This document shows, piece after piece, positions 1 through 11,149 of a DNA stretch of 45,248 nt (positions are counted from its first letter, which is position 1; each line of letters starts with the position of its first letter). The stretch lies in assembly GCF_006345805.1 (NCBI RefSeq), contig NW_021834827.1, positions 1-45,248 of the forward strand, given 5' to 3'. The DNA comes from Octopus sinensis (lineage: Eukaryota). The notes under the pieces were generated by a model. That model was not told the origin of the DNA, made no database searches, and was given only the letters and a program-made list of their open reading frames with translations. The translations under genes were made by a program, and so were the position numbers.

Positions 1-37
1 TACTCAGTCACAAGCTGACTTCCGCTATATATATATA

Positions 38-1026
38 TCATCATCATCATCATCATCATTTAACGTCCGCTTTCCATGCTAGCATGGGTTGGACGATTTG
101 ACTGAGGACTGGCGAACCAGACTCCAATCTGATTTGGCAGAGTTTCTACAGCTGGATGCCCTTCCTTACGCCAACCACTCCGTGAGTGTAGTGGGTGCTT
201 TTTACATGCCACCGGTACGAGGGCCAGTTTGGTGGTACTGGCAATGGCCATGCTCAAATTGTGCTTTTTAGGTGCCACCTGCACAGGAGCCAGTCCAGCG
301 GCACTAGCAACGACCTCAATCGAATGCTGTTTTTTTCATGTGCTACCGGCACAAGTGCTAGTAAGGTGATGCAGGTAACAATCATGCTCGAATGGTGTTT
401 TTAACATGCCACCAGCACGAAGGCCAGCTTGTTGCTCTGGCAACGATCTCACTCGTATGGTACTCTTAGCACTCCACTAGCAACAGATGCCAGTCACTGA
501 GTTTGATTTCGACTTCAATTTCGATTTCACTTGCCTCAACAAGTCTTCACAAGCAGAGTTTAATGTCCAATGAAGGAAAGGCATGCGTAAATGGACTGAT
601 TACACCCCTAGCATAGGCCACAAGGTTATGGTGATGCTTGCGCTTGCTGAGTTTTTTTCAAGCACAGCATATTTCCAGAGGTCCCGGTCATTTGTCATTG
701 CCTCGGTGAGGCCCAATGTTTGAAGGTCATGCTTCACCACCTCATCCTAGATCTTCCTAGATCTTCCTGGGTCTACCTCTTCCACAGGTTCCCTTAACCG
801 CTAGGGTGTGGCACTTTTTCACACAGCTATCCTCATCCATTCTTGCCACATGACCATACCAGCGCAGTCGTCTCTCTTGCACACCACATCTAATGCTTCT
901 TAGGTATTTTCTACTCTAGGCACCCTCTCAGAGGCCCTAACACTTCACGCCTGGCACACTGACCATCACACCGCATCGAAAGCTTACGCTTGTCCCGCAG
1001 CAGTCAGGCCCATGTTTCACTGCCAT
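38..1026 (-). mobile_element. 5'-truncated RTE-clade LINE (family RTE-1 here): ORF2 C-terminus, repetitive 3' UTR, (ATG)n tail
   Basis: (CAT)n-tttaacgtccgctttccatgctagcatggg end; ggtgctttt-t/a-cgtgccacc modules. 640-1025 aligns by eye with the RTE coding tail at 5400-5780. Confidence 0.9.
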
Positions 1027-1051
1027 ATATATATATATATATAGATATATA

Positions 1052-1087
<36 letters not shown>

Positions 1088-1088
<1 letters not shown>

Positions 1089-2049
1089 AAGGACGTACCA
1101 CCTGGATAAGCAAGGTAGGCACTACCTACCTTGGAAAAATGGATCGATAGCAACATTTTCCTTTTATGCCAAAATATGCACCTAATTCAATAAAATTCAA
1201 TTTTTTATTACCCACAAGGAGCTATACACAGAATGGGGTAATACAAAGCAAGACAAACATAAACTTAGGGAACCCAAAATACAAAAAGAAGATGAATTAA
1301 AACGAAAAAATTAAAGAAAATGAATGAAAATATGAAAAGATATAAATAAGGCACAATGCCCACTCGACGCCCGAAGTCGAGCGGTTACATTTCGACGGTT
1401 TTTTTTTTCTTTTTTCATAAATGAATTCCACAAAAATTACAATTGAATTTTTCAATAAAATTATAGTCTGATTACTATGCATAAAATGCAAAACATTTTA
1501 TTTTTTTGTACATTAGGTTGGCATAGTTCACCCCTCCTTTCAATCCCAGTATTTAAGCTACACATAGTACTACTGTAGTACACATGCTGCGTACACTCCT
1601 ACAAAACCGTTTTCTTTACGTGCTATAAAAGCAGAAGTAACTCTGGCTTCAACTCAGTTGCACGTCTGTGTTTCACCTATTTTTTTGTGTGTTTTACTAC
1701 ATAAAAGTGTGGAAGCATAATGGCCAAGTGGTTAGGGCAGCGGACTCATGGTCGTAGGATCACAGTTTCGATTTCCAGACCATACATTGTGAGTGTTTAT
1801 TGAGCAAAAACACCTAAAGCTCCACGAGGCTCCGGTAGGGGGTAGTGGTGAACCCTGCCGTACTCTTTCACCACAACTTTCTCTCACTCTTTCTTCCTGT
1901 TTCTGTTGTACCTGTATTTTGCCCAGACTTGTGCCTGGGAGGGTAACTTTCTAGGTGCAGTCCCATGGTCAGTCATGACCAAAGGGGGCCACAACTACAT
2001 AAAAGTCACCAACTGCCTACCCCAAGTATTCAGTGATGGCACATGCCTG
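1088..2049. mobile_element. Degenerate TIR DNA element (MITE-like) hosting a SINE
   Basis: The left end caaggacgtaccacctggataagcaaggtaggca resembles the reverse complement of the right end tgcctaccccaagtattcagtgatggcacatgcctg. Both ends abut (TA)n. Confidence 0.4.
1709..1993 (+). mobile_element. tRNA-headed SINE group B (body 2, chimeric tail) with 13-bp TSD
   Basis: A-box tggccaagtggtta and B-box-like gtttcgatttc; TSD actacataaaagt at 1696-1708 and 1994-2006. Confidence 0.85.
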
Positions 2050-2341
2050 CTATATATATATATATATATTATTCAAAGGAATTCCAACTCTGTCTGTTTT
2101 TTTATGTTTTATCTATATATTCTTTATAGTATTAATGTAGAATATAGAATATATAGTATAAATAGTATATAGTAGTATAATGAAATGAAGTATTGATTGT
2201 CTTATTGAATAGATGAAATATTGAATATCAAATATTAAGGGACTAGTATACTTTCATGCATTTAAGCAGTCTTCAAGGTTCCAGGTTGTGACAGGAATGT
2301 TTCAACTGTATGTATATATATATATATGTGTGTGTGTGTGT

Positions 2342-2443
2342 GATGGACTCTCTTGTCAAAGATGACATATGAGCATTCAGTTTTTGCTGAATGCCCAGTA
2401 CAAAGGATTTGTCTATAGTGATCAAATGTTCATGCCACACATT

Positions 2444-2492
<49 letters not shown>

Positions 2493-2656
2493 AAATCAAC
2501 ATTGTCTGAGCAGGTGTACCATGCATCAGGTGTCAAAGTGATCACAGAGGAACGTGAGACGGAGTGTCTTGCTCAAGAACACAACATACCACTCAGTCTA
2601 GGAATTGAAACCACAATCGCTAGACCGTTAGTGCAACACCATAACCACTAGGCCAA
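2342..2656 (-). mobile_element. SINE group B (CORE-like body 1, distinct tail); second copy at ~23899-24160
   Basis: On the minus strand: tggcctagtggtta head, gtgttcttgagcaagacact core, and a tail (gatcaaatgtt..gccacacattagct on +) shared with 23899-24160. Confidence 0.75.
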
Positions 2657-2929
2657 ACACACACATTTATCTATTGAGAGAGTGTGATAAATTGATAGCT
2701 GCCTTTTGTTAAGTAGTTCTACACTATAAATTATTCAAATTAATTAATCACTTTATATTAATATATATAGTTTACTTCAATACATTGTAATTTGTGAAAA
2801 TATGTCTGCCAAAAATATTTTTTGCCCTCTAATTATGCTTGCTTTCATGTGCAAAGACAATTTACGATTGAATCGCAGTTCCTGTTTTCTAATTAGAACT
2901 ATCTGTTGTAATTTATGAATTATACAGAG

Positions 2930-3160
2930 ACAGCCGAGTGAATTTTGTGGCTGTGTGGTAAGGAGTTTGGGATTCAGTCTTACTGCATGAATCCTTGGGC
3001 AAGTGTTTTCTACTATAGCCTTGGGCCGACCAAAGCCTTGTGAGTAAATTTGGTAGGTGGAAACTGAAAGAAGCCTGTGCAAAAGGCCATCTAATGTGTG
3101 TGTGAGTGCACATGTTTGTGTTTTCTTGCTTGACATTGTGTGATCATTGTAAATGAGGGC
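2930..3160 (+). mobile_element. SINE group A, 5' part
   Basis: tggctgtgtggtaag head; ccttgggcaagtgttttctactatagcc core; ccaaagccttgtgagt..ggaaactgaaagaagcc. Confidence 0.8.
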
Positions 3161-3167
3161 TTTTCAA

Positions 3168-3561
3168 TCTATATATATAAAGCTGAAGCTGTCTGTGTGT
3201 GTGTGGCAGGTTTGGTAGCCTTCAACTAACACTATCTCCTCCAAGACCTTGCGGTGCAAGTTGACCAAAATTGAGAGTATGATAGAAGAAGGCTTCCTCT
3301 TCCTTCCACAGAAGAAAAAATTCAAATCGGACCATGTTAACACCAAAAATTATTTACATCAAAAAGGCGCTTTTTTTCTATGAAAATCCCTAATTTTTAC
3401 GATTTTTTGACTGCTGTGTCGCCATTTTTCTGTGTATTTCAACCAGAAAAATGTTCACTTAAAGAGAATAACAAGCTACATAATGCAAAATTTTTACTTT
3501 TCAAAAATTCCAATTCTAAAGGGTCAAAACAAGCCTGAGCAACGCTGGGCGATACTGCTAG
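3168..3561 (+). mobile_element. Non-autonomous Helitron
   Basis: Starts TC(tatatatataaa) after A, ends CTAG before T, has a subterminal hairpin agcaacgctgggcgatactgct and no TSD. A second copy lies at 32140-32492. Confidence 0.8.
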
Positions 3562-3602
3562 TTTCCATTATTTCACAAAAAACATTTCTGTTTACAGGAA
3601 AA

Positions 3603-3770
3603 TACAGGGTGTCCATTAATTATCTTTACAATTTGGAACATTCAGTAAACAATGAAAAATAAAAATAATTCGGCAGAGTTTATTGGGAAACATCAGGAAG
3701 CAAATAAAGTTGTATTAAAAGTCATCAGATCACTTCTACATGGGTTCTGTTGGTTGCATGCAACACAGGC
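3603..3770. mobile_element. Possible Tc1/mariner terminal fragment
   Basis: TA-CAGGGTGTCC start typical of Tc1/mariner TIRs; no second TIR found. Confidence 0.35.
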
Positions 3771-3779
3771 AGACAAAGC

Positions 3780-4376
3780 TTACTCTTTACTCTTTTACTT
3801 GTTTCAGTCATTTTGACTGTGGCCATGCTGGAGCAGCGCCTTTAGTCAAGCAAATCGACCCCAGGACTTATTCTTTGTAAGCCTACTACTTGTGTTATCG
3901 GTCTCTTTTGCCGAACCGCTAAGTTACGGGGACATAAACACACCAGCATTGGTTGTCAAGCGATGTTGGGAGGACAAACACAGACACACAAACATACACA
4001 CACGCACACACATATATATATACATACATACGATGGGCTTCTTTCAGTTTCCGTCTACCAAATCCACTCACAAGGCATTGGTCGGCCTGAGGCTATAGTA
4101 GAAGACACTTGCCCAAGGTGCCATGCAGTGGGACTGAACCCGGAACTATGTGGATGGTTAGCAAGCTACTTACCACACAGCCACTCCTGCGCCTATATAT
4201 ATACATATATACGACTGGCTTCTTTCAGTTTCCATCTACCAAATCCACTCACAAGGCTTTGGTTGGCCCAAGGCTATAGTTGAAGACACTTGCCCAAGGT
4301 TCCACGCAGTGGGACTGAACCCGGAACCATGTGGTTGGTAAGCAAGCTACTTACCACACAGCCATTCCTATGCCTA
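3780..4376 (-). mobile_element. SINE group A with tandemly duplicated 5' half
   Basis: Full 3' half at 3780-4000; the head+core unit occurs twice (about 4030-4195 and 4210-4376). Confidence 0.85.
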
Positions 4377-4837
4377 CATATATTTAACATTCTCTCTCTT
4401 CTTCCCTCTCTCTCTTTCTCTTTCTCTCTCACCTTGCTTTATGGCATTGGAATTCTTCCCGTTGGCACCACTAAGTCTATATCTTGACCATTATCAAGTT
4501 CCTCATTGATTCTTTTATAGGATTTCATGAGTAAGATGGTAAAAAACGAAAAATTAATTATGGCCTATTCGTTATCAATCATTATATCCATTTTTAACAA
4601 CGACATTTTTTTATATATATCACTCTAAATCAAATAACACTTTTAGCAAGAAAAAGGAACCTATGTGTGGTCACTCAAAAGGTATGTAAAGATAACACAC
4701 CCTGTATTACCTTGCTTGGAGACAGGCGTGGGTTGGTGACAGTAAAGGCATCCAACTATAGATAATCTACCTCCGTAAACTTCATCTGACCCATGTAAGC
4801 ATGAAAACAACATCAATGATGGTGATGAAGAGGAGGA

Positions 4838-5781
4838 ACATCATCATCGTTTAACGTCCGCTTTCCATGCTAGCATGGGTTGAACGGTTCAACTGGGGTC
4901 TGTGAAGCCAGAAGGCTGCACCAGGCCAGTCAGATCTGGCAGTGTTTCTACAGCTGGATGCCCTTCCTAAAGACAACCACTCCGAGAGTGTAGTGGGTGC
5001 TTTTTATGTGCCACCAACACAGGTGCCAGATGAGGTTGGCAAATGGCCATGCTCAGATGGTGCTTTTTACGTGCCACCAGCACGGAGGCCAGGTGAGGCT
5101 GGCAATGGCCACGATCGGATGGTGTTTGTTACATGCCACTGGCACGGAGGCCAGTCGATGTGGCACTGGCTACGGCTACATTCGGATGGTTCTCTTACGT
5201 GCCACCGGCACTGGTATCACAACTACAAATTCCATTGATGTTGATCGATTTTGATTTTGATTTTGATTTTTGATTTTCACTTGCCTCAACTTCACAAGTA
5301 GAGTTATGTGTCCCAAGAAGGAAGGTATGCACAGGTGGACTGACTACATCCGAGGGAGAGGCCACAGGTTATGGCCTCATTGTCCTGCCAGGTCTTCTCA
5401 CGCACAGCATATTTCCAAAGGTCTCGGTCTCTGGTCATTTCTTCAGTGAGACCTAAAGAGCGAAGGTCGTGCTTCACCACCTCGTCCCAGGTTTTCCTGG
5501 GTATTCCTCTTCCACAGGATCCCTCAACCGCTAGGGTGTGGCACTTTTTCACACAACTATCTTCATCCATTCTTACCACGTGTCCATACCAGCATGGACG
5601 TCTCTCTTGCACACCACATCTGATGCTTCTTAGGTCCAACTTTTCTCTCAAGGCACTTACACTCTGTCGGGTATGAACACTGACATTACACATCCAACGG
5701 AGCATACTGGCTTCATTTCTTGCGAGCTTACGCATATCCTCAGCAGTCACAGACCATGTTTCACTGCCATGTAGCATGGCT
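4838..5781 (-). mobile_element. 5'-truncated RTE-clade LINE (RTE-1) with ORF2 C-terminus
   Basis: ORF 5304-5777 reads MLHGSETW..EASMLRWMC..WYGHVVRM..GRGIPRKTW, the RTE C-terminal signature (YGSETW / RWxGHVxRM / GRPRKTW). It is followed by a modular 3' UTR and (ATG)n tail. Confidence 0.92.
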
Positions 5782-6412
5782 ATTTTTCATATTAGAGTTA
5801 GTCTAGAGTGTTATCAAATATCCACTTAATTAATTTTAAATACAATCTAAAATTTCGAGGCTAATTAATAATTGGCTTGCATATATATGCAGTTCACTGA
5901 TAATGTTTGTTTTTTTTTCTTTTTGTTTGATTTTTTTTTCTGCTAATAAGATGGCCTGCTATTTTAATTGTTGTGACAAAGATCACATGATAACTCTGCT
6001 ATCATCATTTCAACATAGAAACAGACTTCCTTGCTTTAAGATGTGTTTAGAATTCTTACCAATGACAATGCATAGTTGCTTAGTCATGTAGCTTCGGGGT
6101 TAAGTAGTCTGCTTCCCAATCACAAGGATTTGGGTTCAGTCCTACTGCAGGGCACCTTGGAGAAATGTCTTCTATTGTAGCCACATCTTTAATGAATTTG
6201 GTTGATGGAAACTGCATTGAAGCTTGTGTGTGCATGTGTGTGTGTCTCACTCTCTTTCTCTCCCTCTCTCGTTTTGTGTTTGGCCTACCCCCATCACTTG
6301 ACAACCTTTGTTAGTTTGTTTATATCCTTGCAACTTAGCAGTTCAGCAAAACAGACTGATTGAATAAGTAGCAGACTTCAAAAAAAAAAACACTAGAGTC
6401 AATCCAGACAAA

Positions 6413-6648
6413 TAGATTCACTTCAACATTTAAATTTAATTTGTCAAAATATTTTCGTCGCTTTGAGACCGTGACCTGTTCACTGACAAAACTTCAGAGA
6501 TGCAGCACGGATTTTTGTCAGTGAACAGGTTGTGGTCTCAAAGCGACGAAAATATTTTGACAAATTAAATTTAAATATTGAAGTGAATCTAACGGTTTTT
6601 GTGTGTTTCTTAAATGGCTTTTAAACACCTTCCACGCTGCAATTGTTT
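6413..6648 (+). mobile_element. Penelope-like element remnant with inverted 5' duplication (foldback) carrying two hammerhead-type motifs
   Basis: Near-perfect inverted arms 6413-6491 and 6513-6591; the right arm continues to 6648 and matches the reverse complement of 31455-31605. The inverted truncated end plus a hammerhead is the typical PLE arrangement. No RT coding sequence is visible. Confidence 0.7.
6515..6563 (+). ncRNA. Minimal type I hammerhead ribozyme-like motif, G3-C8 core variant (inverted twin at 6441-6489, -)
   Basis: ttgtca GTGAACA g gttgt ggtctcaaa gcgac GAAA atat TT tgacaa: stem I, core, stem II (with G-U pairs), GAAA, palindromic stem III, UH site. Confidence 0.6.
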
Positions 6649-6659
6649 ATATATATATA

Positions 6660-6934
6660 TCACCATGATCACTGTGACCGACCAGGCGTTTCGCATTGTT
6701 TTAGCCTTCATATGACGCCACCCTGCTTGGCTAAGTGAGCAGGTCAACAGAAGAAAGAGTGAGAGAAAGTTGTGGCGAAAGAGTATAGCAGGGATTGCCA
6801 CCACCCCCTGCCGGAGCCTCGTGGAGCTTTTAGGTGTTTTCGCTCAATAAACACTCACAACGCCCGGTCTGGGAATCGAAACTGTGATCCTATGACCGAG
6901 TCCGCTGCCCTAACCACTGGGCCATTGCGCCTCC
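6660..6934 (-). mobile_element. SINE group B (body 2, another tail)
   Basis: Minus-strand head ggaggcgcaatggcccagtggttagggcagcggactc; body aaacacctaaaagctccacgaggctccgg; tail gttgacctgctcacttagcc. Confidence 0.8.
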
Positions 6935-7424
6935 ATATATATATATATATATATACGCAGTAGACGTTTTAAAACAAAAAGGCACTGAAGTCAATTTATT
7001 CAGCTAAACCTTTCAGGGCAGTGCCCCAGCATGGCCACATTCCAGTGACTGAAGCAACTAAAAGGCATGGAGGATGAAGCCCTCCTGATATTGGAGAGCC
7101 AGCTACAAATTTCAGTCCAGAAACTCCAACCACAGAGTGCACAAGCCCTCACCTATCTATTGTCCTCCAAGCCCCAAGCAGCATATATTTAGAGTGAGTC
7201 TGTTTACTAGTACAATGCTACATTTGGGGATAAAGGCCCTTTTTTTGTGTTTTCCACATTTTGATGTAATAAAACAGGAAGGGACATTTCCTCTTCGGTA
7301 TTGATCAGAATGGAAAGAATTAATGGAATAAAAGAACTGGCAAAATAAACATTCAGGGAAAATAACTTTGCACCATATGTTGTCAGCATTTGAATACATT
7401 GCTCTCAATGTGTGTTTGTGTCCC

Positions 7425-7479
7425 CCTCCCTCTCTCTATCTCTCTCTCTCCATCTCTCTCTCTCCATCTCTCTCTCCAT

Positions 7480-7513
<34 letters not shown>

Positions 7514-8430
7514 CTACCTATCTATCTATCTCTTTCTCTCTCCTCTAACTATCTCATATTCTTTCTCATTTTCACTCATTATCTTTTTCTCTCTCTCTCT
7601 CCACCACTCTCTCTCTCCACCACTCCCTCTCTCTCTCTCTCCACCACTCTCCCTCTCTATCCACCACTCTCTCTCTCCACCACTCTCTCTCTCTCCACCA
7701 CTCTCCCTCTCTCTCTCCATCACTCTCTCTCTCCACCACCTCCCTCTCTCCACCACTTTCTCTCTCTCCACCACTCCCTCTCTCTCCACCACTCCCTCTC
7801 TCTCTCCAACACTCTCTCTATCCACCACTCTCTCTTGCTCTCCACCACTCCCTCTCTCCACCACTTTCTCCTCTCTCCACCACTCCCTCTCTCTCCACCA
7901 CTCCTCTCTCTCTCCACCACTCTCTCTATCCACCACTCTTCTTCTTGCTCTCCACCACACTCCCTCTCCTCCACCACCACTCTCTCTCTCTCTCCACCAC
8001 TCTCTCTCTATCCACCACTCCTCTCTATCCACCACTCCTCTCTCTCCACCACTCTCTCTCTCTCCACTACTCTCTCTCTCTCCCCTACTCTCTCTCTCCA
8101 CTACTCTCTCTCTCTGTCATTCTGTTGGTGTCTCACTTTCTCCTTGTGTCTTTCTGTCTCTCTTTTCTCACTCTCCCTCTTCCTTTCTCTATTTTCTTTT
8201 CTATTTCTCTTTTTTTCTCTTTCTTTCTTTATTCTTTTTCTCACTCCCTCTCTCTTCCCCGCTTAGTCTCTCCCCATCTCTTCTCCCCTTTCTCTCCCTC
8301 TTGCCCCATATCTCTCCCTCTTGACCCTTGTCTCTCTCCTTCTAATCCCTCTTCCTCTCTCCGCACCCATCTCTCCCCCTTTCTCTCCCTCTTCACCCAT
8401 TTCTCTCTTTCTTTCTCTCTCTCTCTCCAT
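7425..8430. repeat. CT-rich minisatellite (ctccaccactctctct variants) and pyrimidine tract
   Basis: Dozens of tccaccactc(tc)n units; source of spurious ORFs 7368-8436. Confidence 0.95.
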
Positions 8431-8875
8431 ACATAATCATTAGTACACTAACGATCACCAGAGTCACCGATCAATATCCAAAACAATTATGATACCACGT
8501 CTGTATACAAACGTATTTCTATAAAATTTAACTTGTTTTTCCTTTTAATTCCGTTTAACCGAATTTTTTAGACTTTTTCCTTTTTCTTTTAACCAGTAAC
8601 CCATCCGTCCACCCGTGCATCCACCCATCCAACATGTGACACGTTGAATAGAGTTGGGTCACGTATCTTGTTTTATAACTTCAAAGTCAGTTTTTCCACA
8701 AAATATGAAATTGCTAATTCCAACACAAAACAAAAATAGGATTTTAACCCTTTCATTATCAATCCGGTTGAAACCGGCTCTGGCTCTGTAGTCCAAATGT
8801 CTTGTTTTCATAAATTTTGAATTAAAAATTTTCCACCAAACTTTAGTCACAATTTATGTTCCTAATATCACGTCG

Positions 8876-9240
8876 GGGTCAAATGGTTTTGGCCGTTGCC
8901 AGCGCCACCTCGACTGGCTTCTGTGCCGGTGGCACATAAAAAGCACCATCCGAACGTGGCCGATGCCAGCGCCACCTTGGCTGGCTTCCGTGCCAGTGGC
9001 ACGTTAAAAGCACCAACAGATCGTGGCCGATGCCAGCCCCCCCCCTTGGCACCTGTGCAGGTGGCATGTAAAAAGCACCCACTACACTCGCGGAGTGGTT
9101 GGTGTTAGGAAGGGCATCCAGCTATAGAAACTCTGCCAGATCAAGCCTGGTGCAGCCCTGGCTTCCCAGACTCTGGTCGAACCGTCCAGCCCGTGCTAGC
9201 GCAGAAAACGAACGTTAAACGATGATGATGATGATGATGA
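8876..9240 (+). mobile_element. RTE-1 3' UTR fragment
   Basis: ggtggcac-g/a-taaaaagcacc modules, ggaagggcatccagct, ends cgttaaac(gat)n. Confidence 0.88.
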
Positions 9241-9265
9241 ATACTAGCTGAATGATGACTAAATT

Positions 9266-9474
9266 CATCATCATCATCATCATCGTTTAACGTCCGTTTT
9301 CCGTGCTAGCATGGGTTGGACGGTTCGACAGGGGTCTGGGAAGCCAGGAGGCTGCACCAGGCTCCAGTCTGATCTGGCGGTGTTTCTACAGCTGGATGCC
9401 CTTCCTAACGCCAACCACTCCCTGAGTGTAGTAGGTGCTTTTTACGTGCCACCGGCACAGGTGCCAGGGGAGTC
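9266..9474 (-). mobile_element. RTE-1 3' UTR fragment with aaatt TSD
   Basis: (cat)n cgtttaacgtccg...gtgccaggggagtc, flanked on both sides by aaatt from the host MITE. Confidence 0.88.
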
Positions 9475-9574
9475 AAATTTTTTGTTATATTTAAAGTAAT
9501 TGAAAGAAACACAGAGCATCTCAAAATAAATACAGTAACAAAAGGGTTAAAAATATTTTGTAGTTATTTTCCCA

Positions 9575-10080
9575 GATGTGGCTTCCGTGTAACAAGCTTA
9601 TTTCCCAACCATTTGGTTCCAGGTTCAATCCCACTGCATGGCACATAGTACAGTCTTGGGCTGACCAGAGCCTTATCTTACTGTTTATTTTTTACTTGTT
9701 TCAATCATTGGATTGTGGCCACGCTGGGGCACAAGATTGAAGGGTTTTAGCCAAATGGATTAACCCCATAACTTAGGGGTTTTTTTTAAAGTATGGTACA
9801 TATTCTATTGGTTACTAAGTGGATTTAGTAGACAGAAACTGAAAGCACCGTGTGTGTGTGTGTGTGTTGGTGTTTGTCTCCCACCACTATTTGACAACTA
9901 GTGTTGGTGTGTTTACGTCCCTGTGACTTAGCAGTTCAGCAAAAGAGACTGATAGAATAAGTACCAGGTTTTTAAAAAAATAAGTGCTGGAGTCAGTTCG
10001 TTTGACTAAAAATTCTTCAAAGTGGTGCCCCAGCATGGCCACAGTCTAATAACCGAAACAAGCAAAGGATAAAAGATAAA
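9575..10080 (+). mobile_element. Old SINE group A with an internal ~145-bp foreign insertion (9673-9818)
   Basis: The A sequence breaks at ..gaccagagcctt and resumes at agtggatttagtagac. Confidence 0.75.
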
Positions 10081-10164
10081 TATATTTCTATTAGCTGTAT
10101 ATGATGTGGAATTGAAAATTGGTGGCGCTTGTGTAGTCTATAAAAAGCCAAAACTTCTGATAGA

Positions 10165-10390
10165 TGGAGGCACATGGCCTAGTGGTTAGAGCAGTGGCCT
10201 CACGGTCGAGGGATCGTGAGTTCGAATCTCAGACCGGGTGATGTATGTGTTTATGAGCGAAACACCTAAGCTCCATACAGCTCCGGCAGAAAGTAATGGT
10301 GAACTTCTGCTGACTCTTTCGCCACAACTTTCTCTCATAAATGGCAATGCTCCAGTATGGCCACAGCTCATGAGCTGAAACTAGATGAAA
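10165..10390 (+). mobile_element. SINE group B (body 2) with short A-like terminal tail
   Basis: ggaggcacatggcctagtggttag..gagttcgaatc head; tail gctccagtatggccacagctcatgagctgaaactag, also seen reversed at 31628-31670. Confidence 0.8.
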
Positions 10391-10426
10391 TAAAAAAAAA
10401 ATTTTTTTATATATTTTTAAATAAAT

Positions 10427-10592
10427 AGGCGCAAGAGTGGCTGTGTGGTAAGTAGCTTGATTATCAACCACATGGTTCCGGGTTCAGTCCCACTACGTGG
10501 CATCTTGGGCAAGTGTTTTCTGCTATAGCCTCGGGCTGACCAAAGCCTTGTGAGTGGATTTGGTAGACAGAAACTGAAAGAAGCCCGTCGTA

Positions 10593-10645
<53 letters not shown>

Positions 10646-10840
10646 TTATGTGTCTGTGTTTGTCCCCCCACCATTGCTTGATAACCGATGCTGGTGTGTT
10701 TATGTCCACGTTACTTAGCAGTTCGGCAAAAGAGACTGATAGAATAAGTCCTGGGGTCGAGTTGCCCGATTAAAGGCGGTGCTCCAGCATGGCCGCAGTC
10801 AAATGACTGAAACAAGTAAAAGAGTAAAGAGTAAAGAGTA
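10427..10840 (+). mobile_element. Full-length SINE group A
   Basis: ggcgcaagagtggctgtgtggtaag head, gggttcagtccc B-box, central (TA)/(TG) microsatellite, (agagtaa)n tail. Confidence 0.9.
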
Positions 10841-10899
10841 TATATAGAATTCTCTGAAGTAAGAAAGTAAATATTAATTTGAGCTCTTGGATTCATAGA

Positions 10900-11125
10900 G
10901 TTAATCACCCTGTTGCCATGGTAAATAAGTGACTAAGGTCACAACAGCCTCCCTGAACAGGGCACCAGTCCATTGCAGGTGAGTTATTTGAAGCTGAGTG
11001 AACTGGGAGCAATGTGGAATGAAGGGTTTGGCACAAGAACACAGCACACTACCCAATCTGGATATTGAAACCATGGTCATGTAATCGAGAATGCAACATC
11101 TTAACCTCTTGGTCACATGCCTTGA
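10900..11125 (-). mobile_element. Old SINE group B (CORE-like body 1)
   Basis: agctgagtgaactgggagcaatgtggaatgaagggtttggcacaagaacac on + is the reversed core. Confidence 0.65.
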
Positions 11126-11149
11126 CATTCTTTGAATAAACGGCTGCTT

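Larger units (their letters stand above)
6085..7065 (+). mobile_element. Old SINE group A interrupted by a PLE-like foldback and a group B SINE
   Basis: Degenerate A sequence at 6085-6403 resumes at ~6975-7065 (gtgccccagcatggccac..tgactgaagcaa). Confidence 0.65.
8743..9550 (-). mobile_element. piggyBac-type MITE (TTAA-CCCTTT...AAAGGG-TTAA) split by two RTE-1 3' ends
   Basis: MITE pieces at 8743-8868, 9240-9265 and 9475-9550 join into the reverse complement of the unit arrayed at 13893-15890. Confidence 0.85.

Noticed and set aside
7368-8436. Long ORFs of 163-318 aa
   Set aside because: They are translations of a CT-rich minisatellite that lacks stop codons; no domain or splice support.
10165-10240. 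tRNA gene candidates (also 37930, 10427, 37500)
   Set aside because: These are SINE heads with A/B boxes but no complete acceptor stem, and they continue into SINE bodies.
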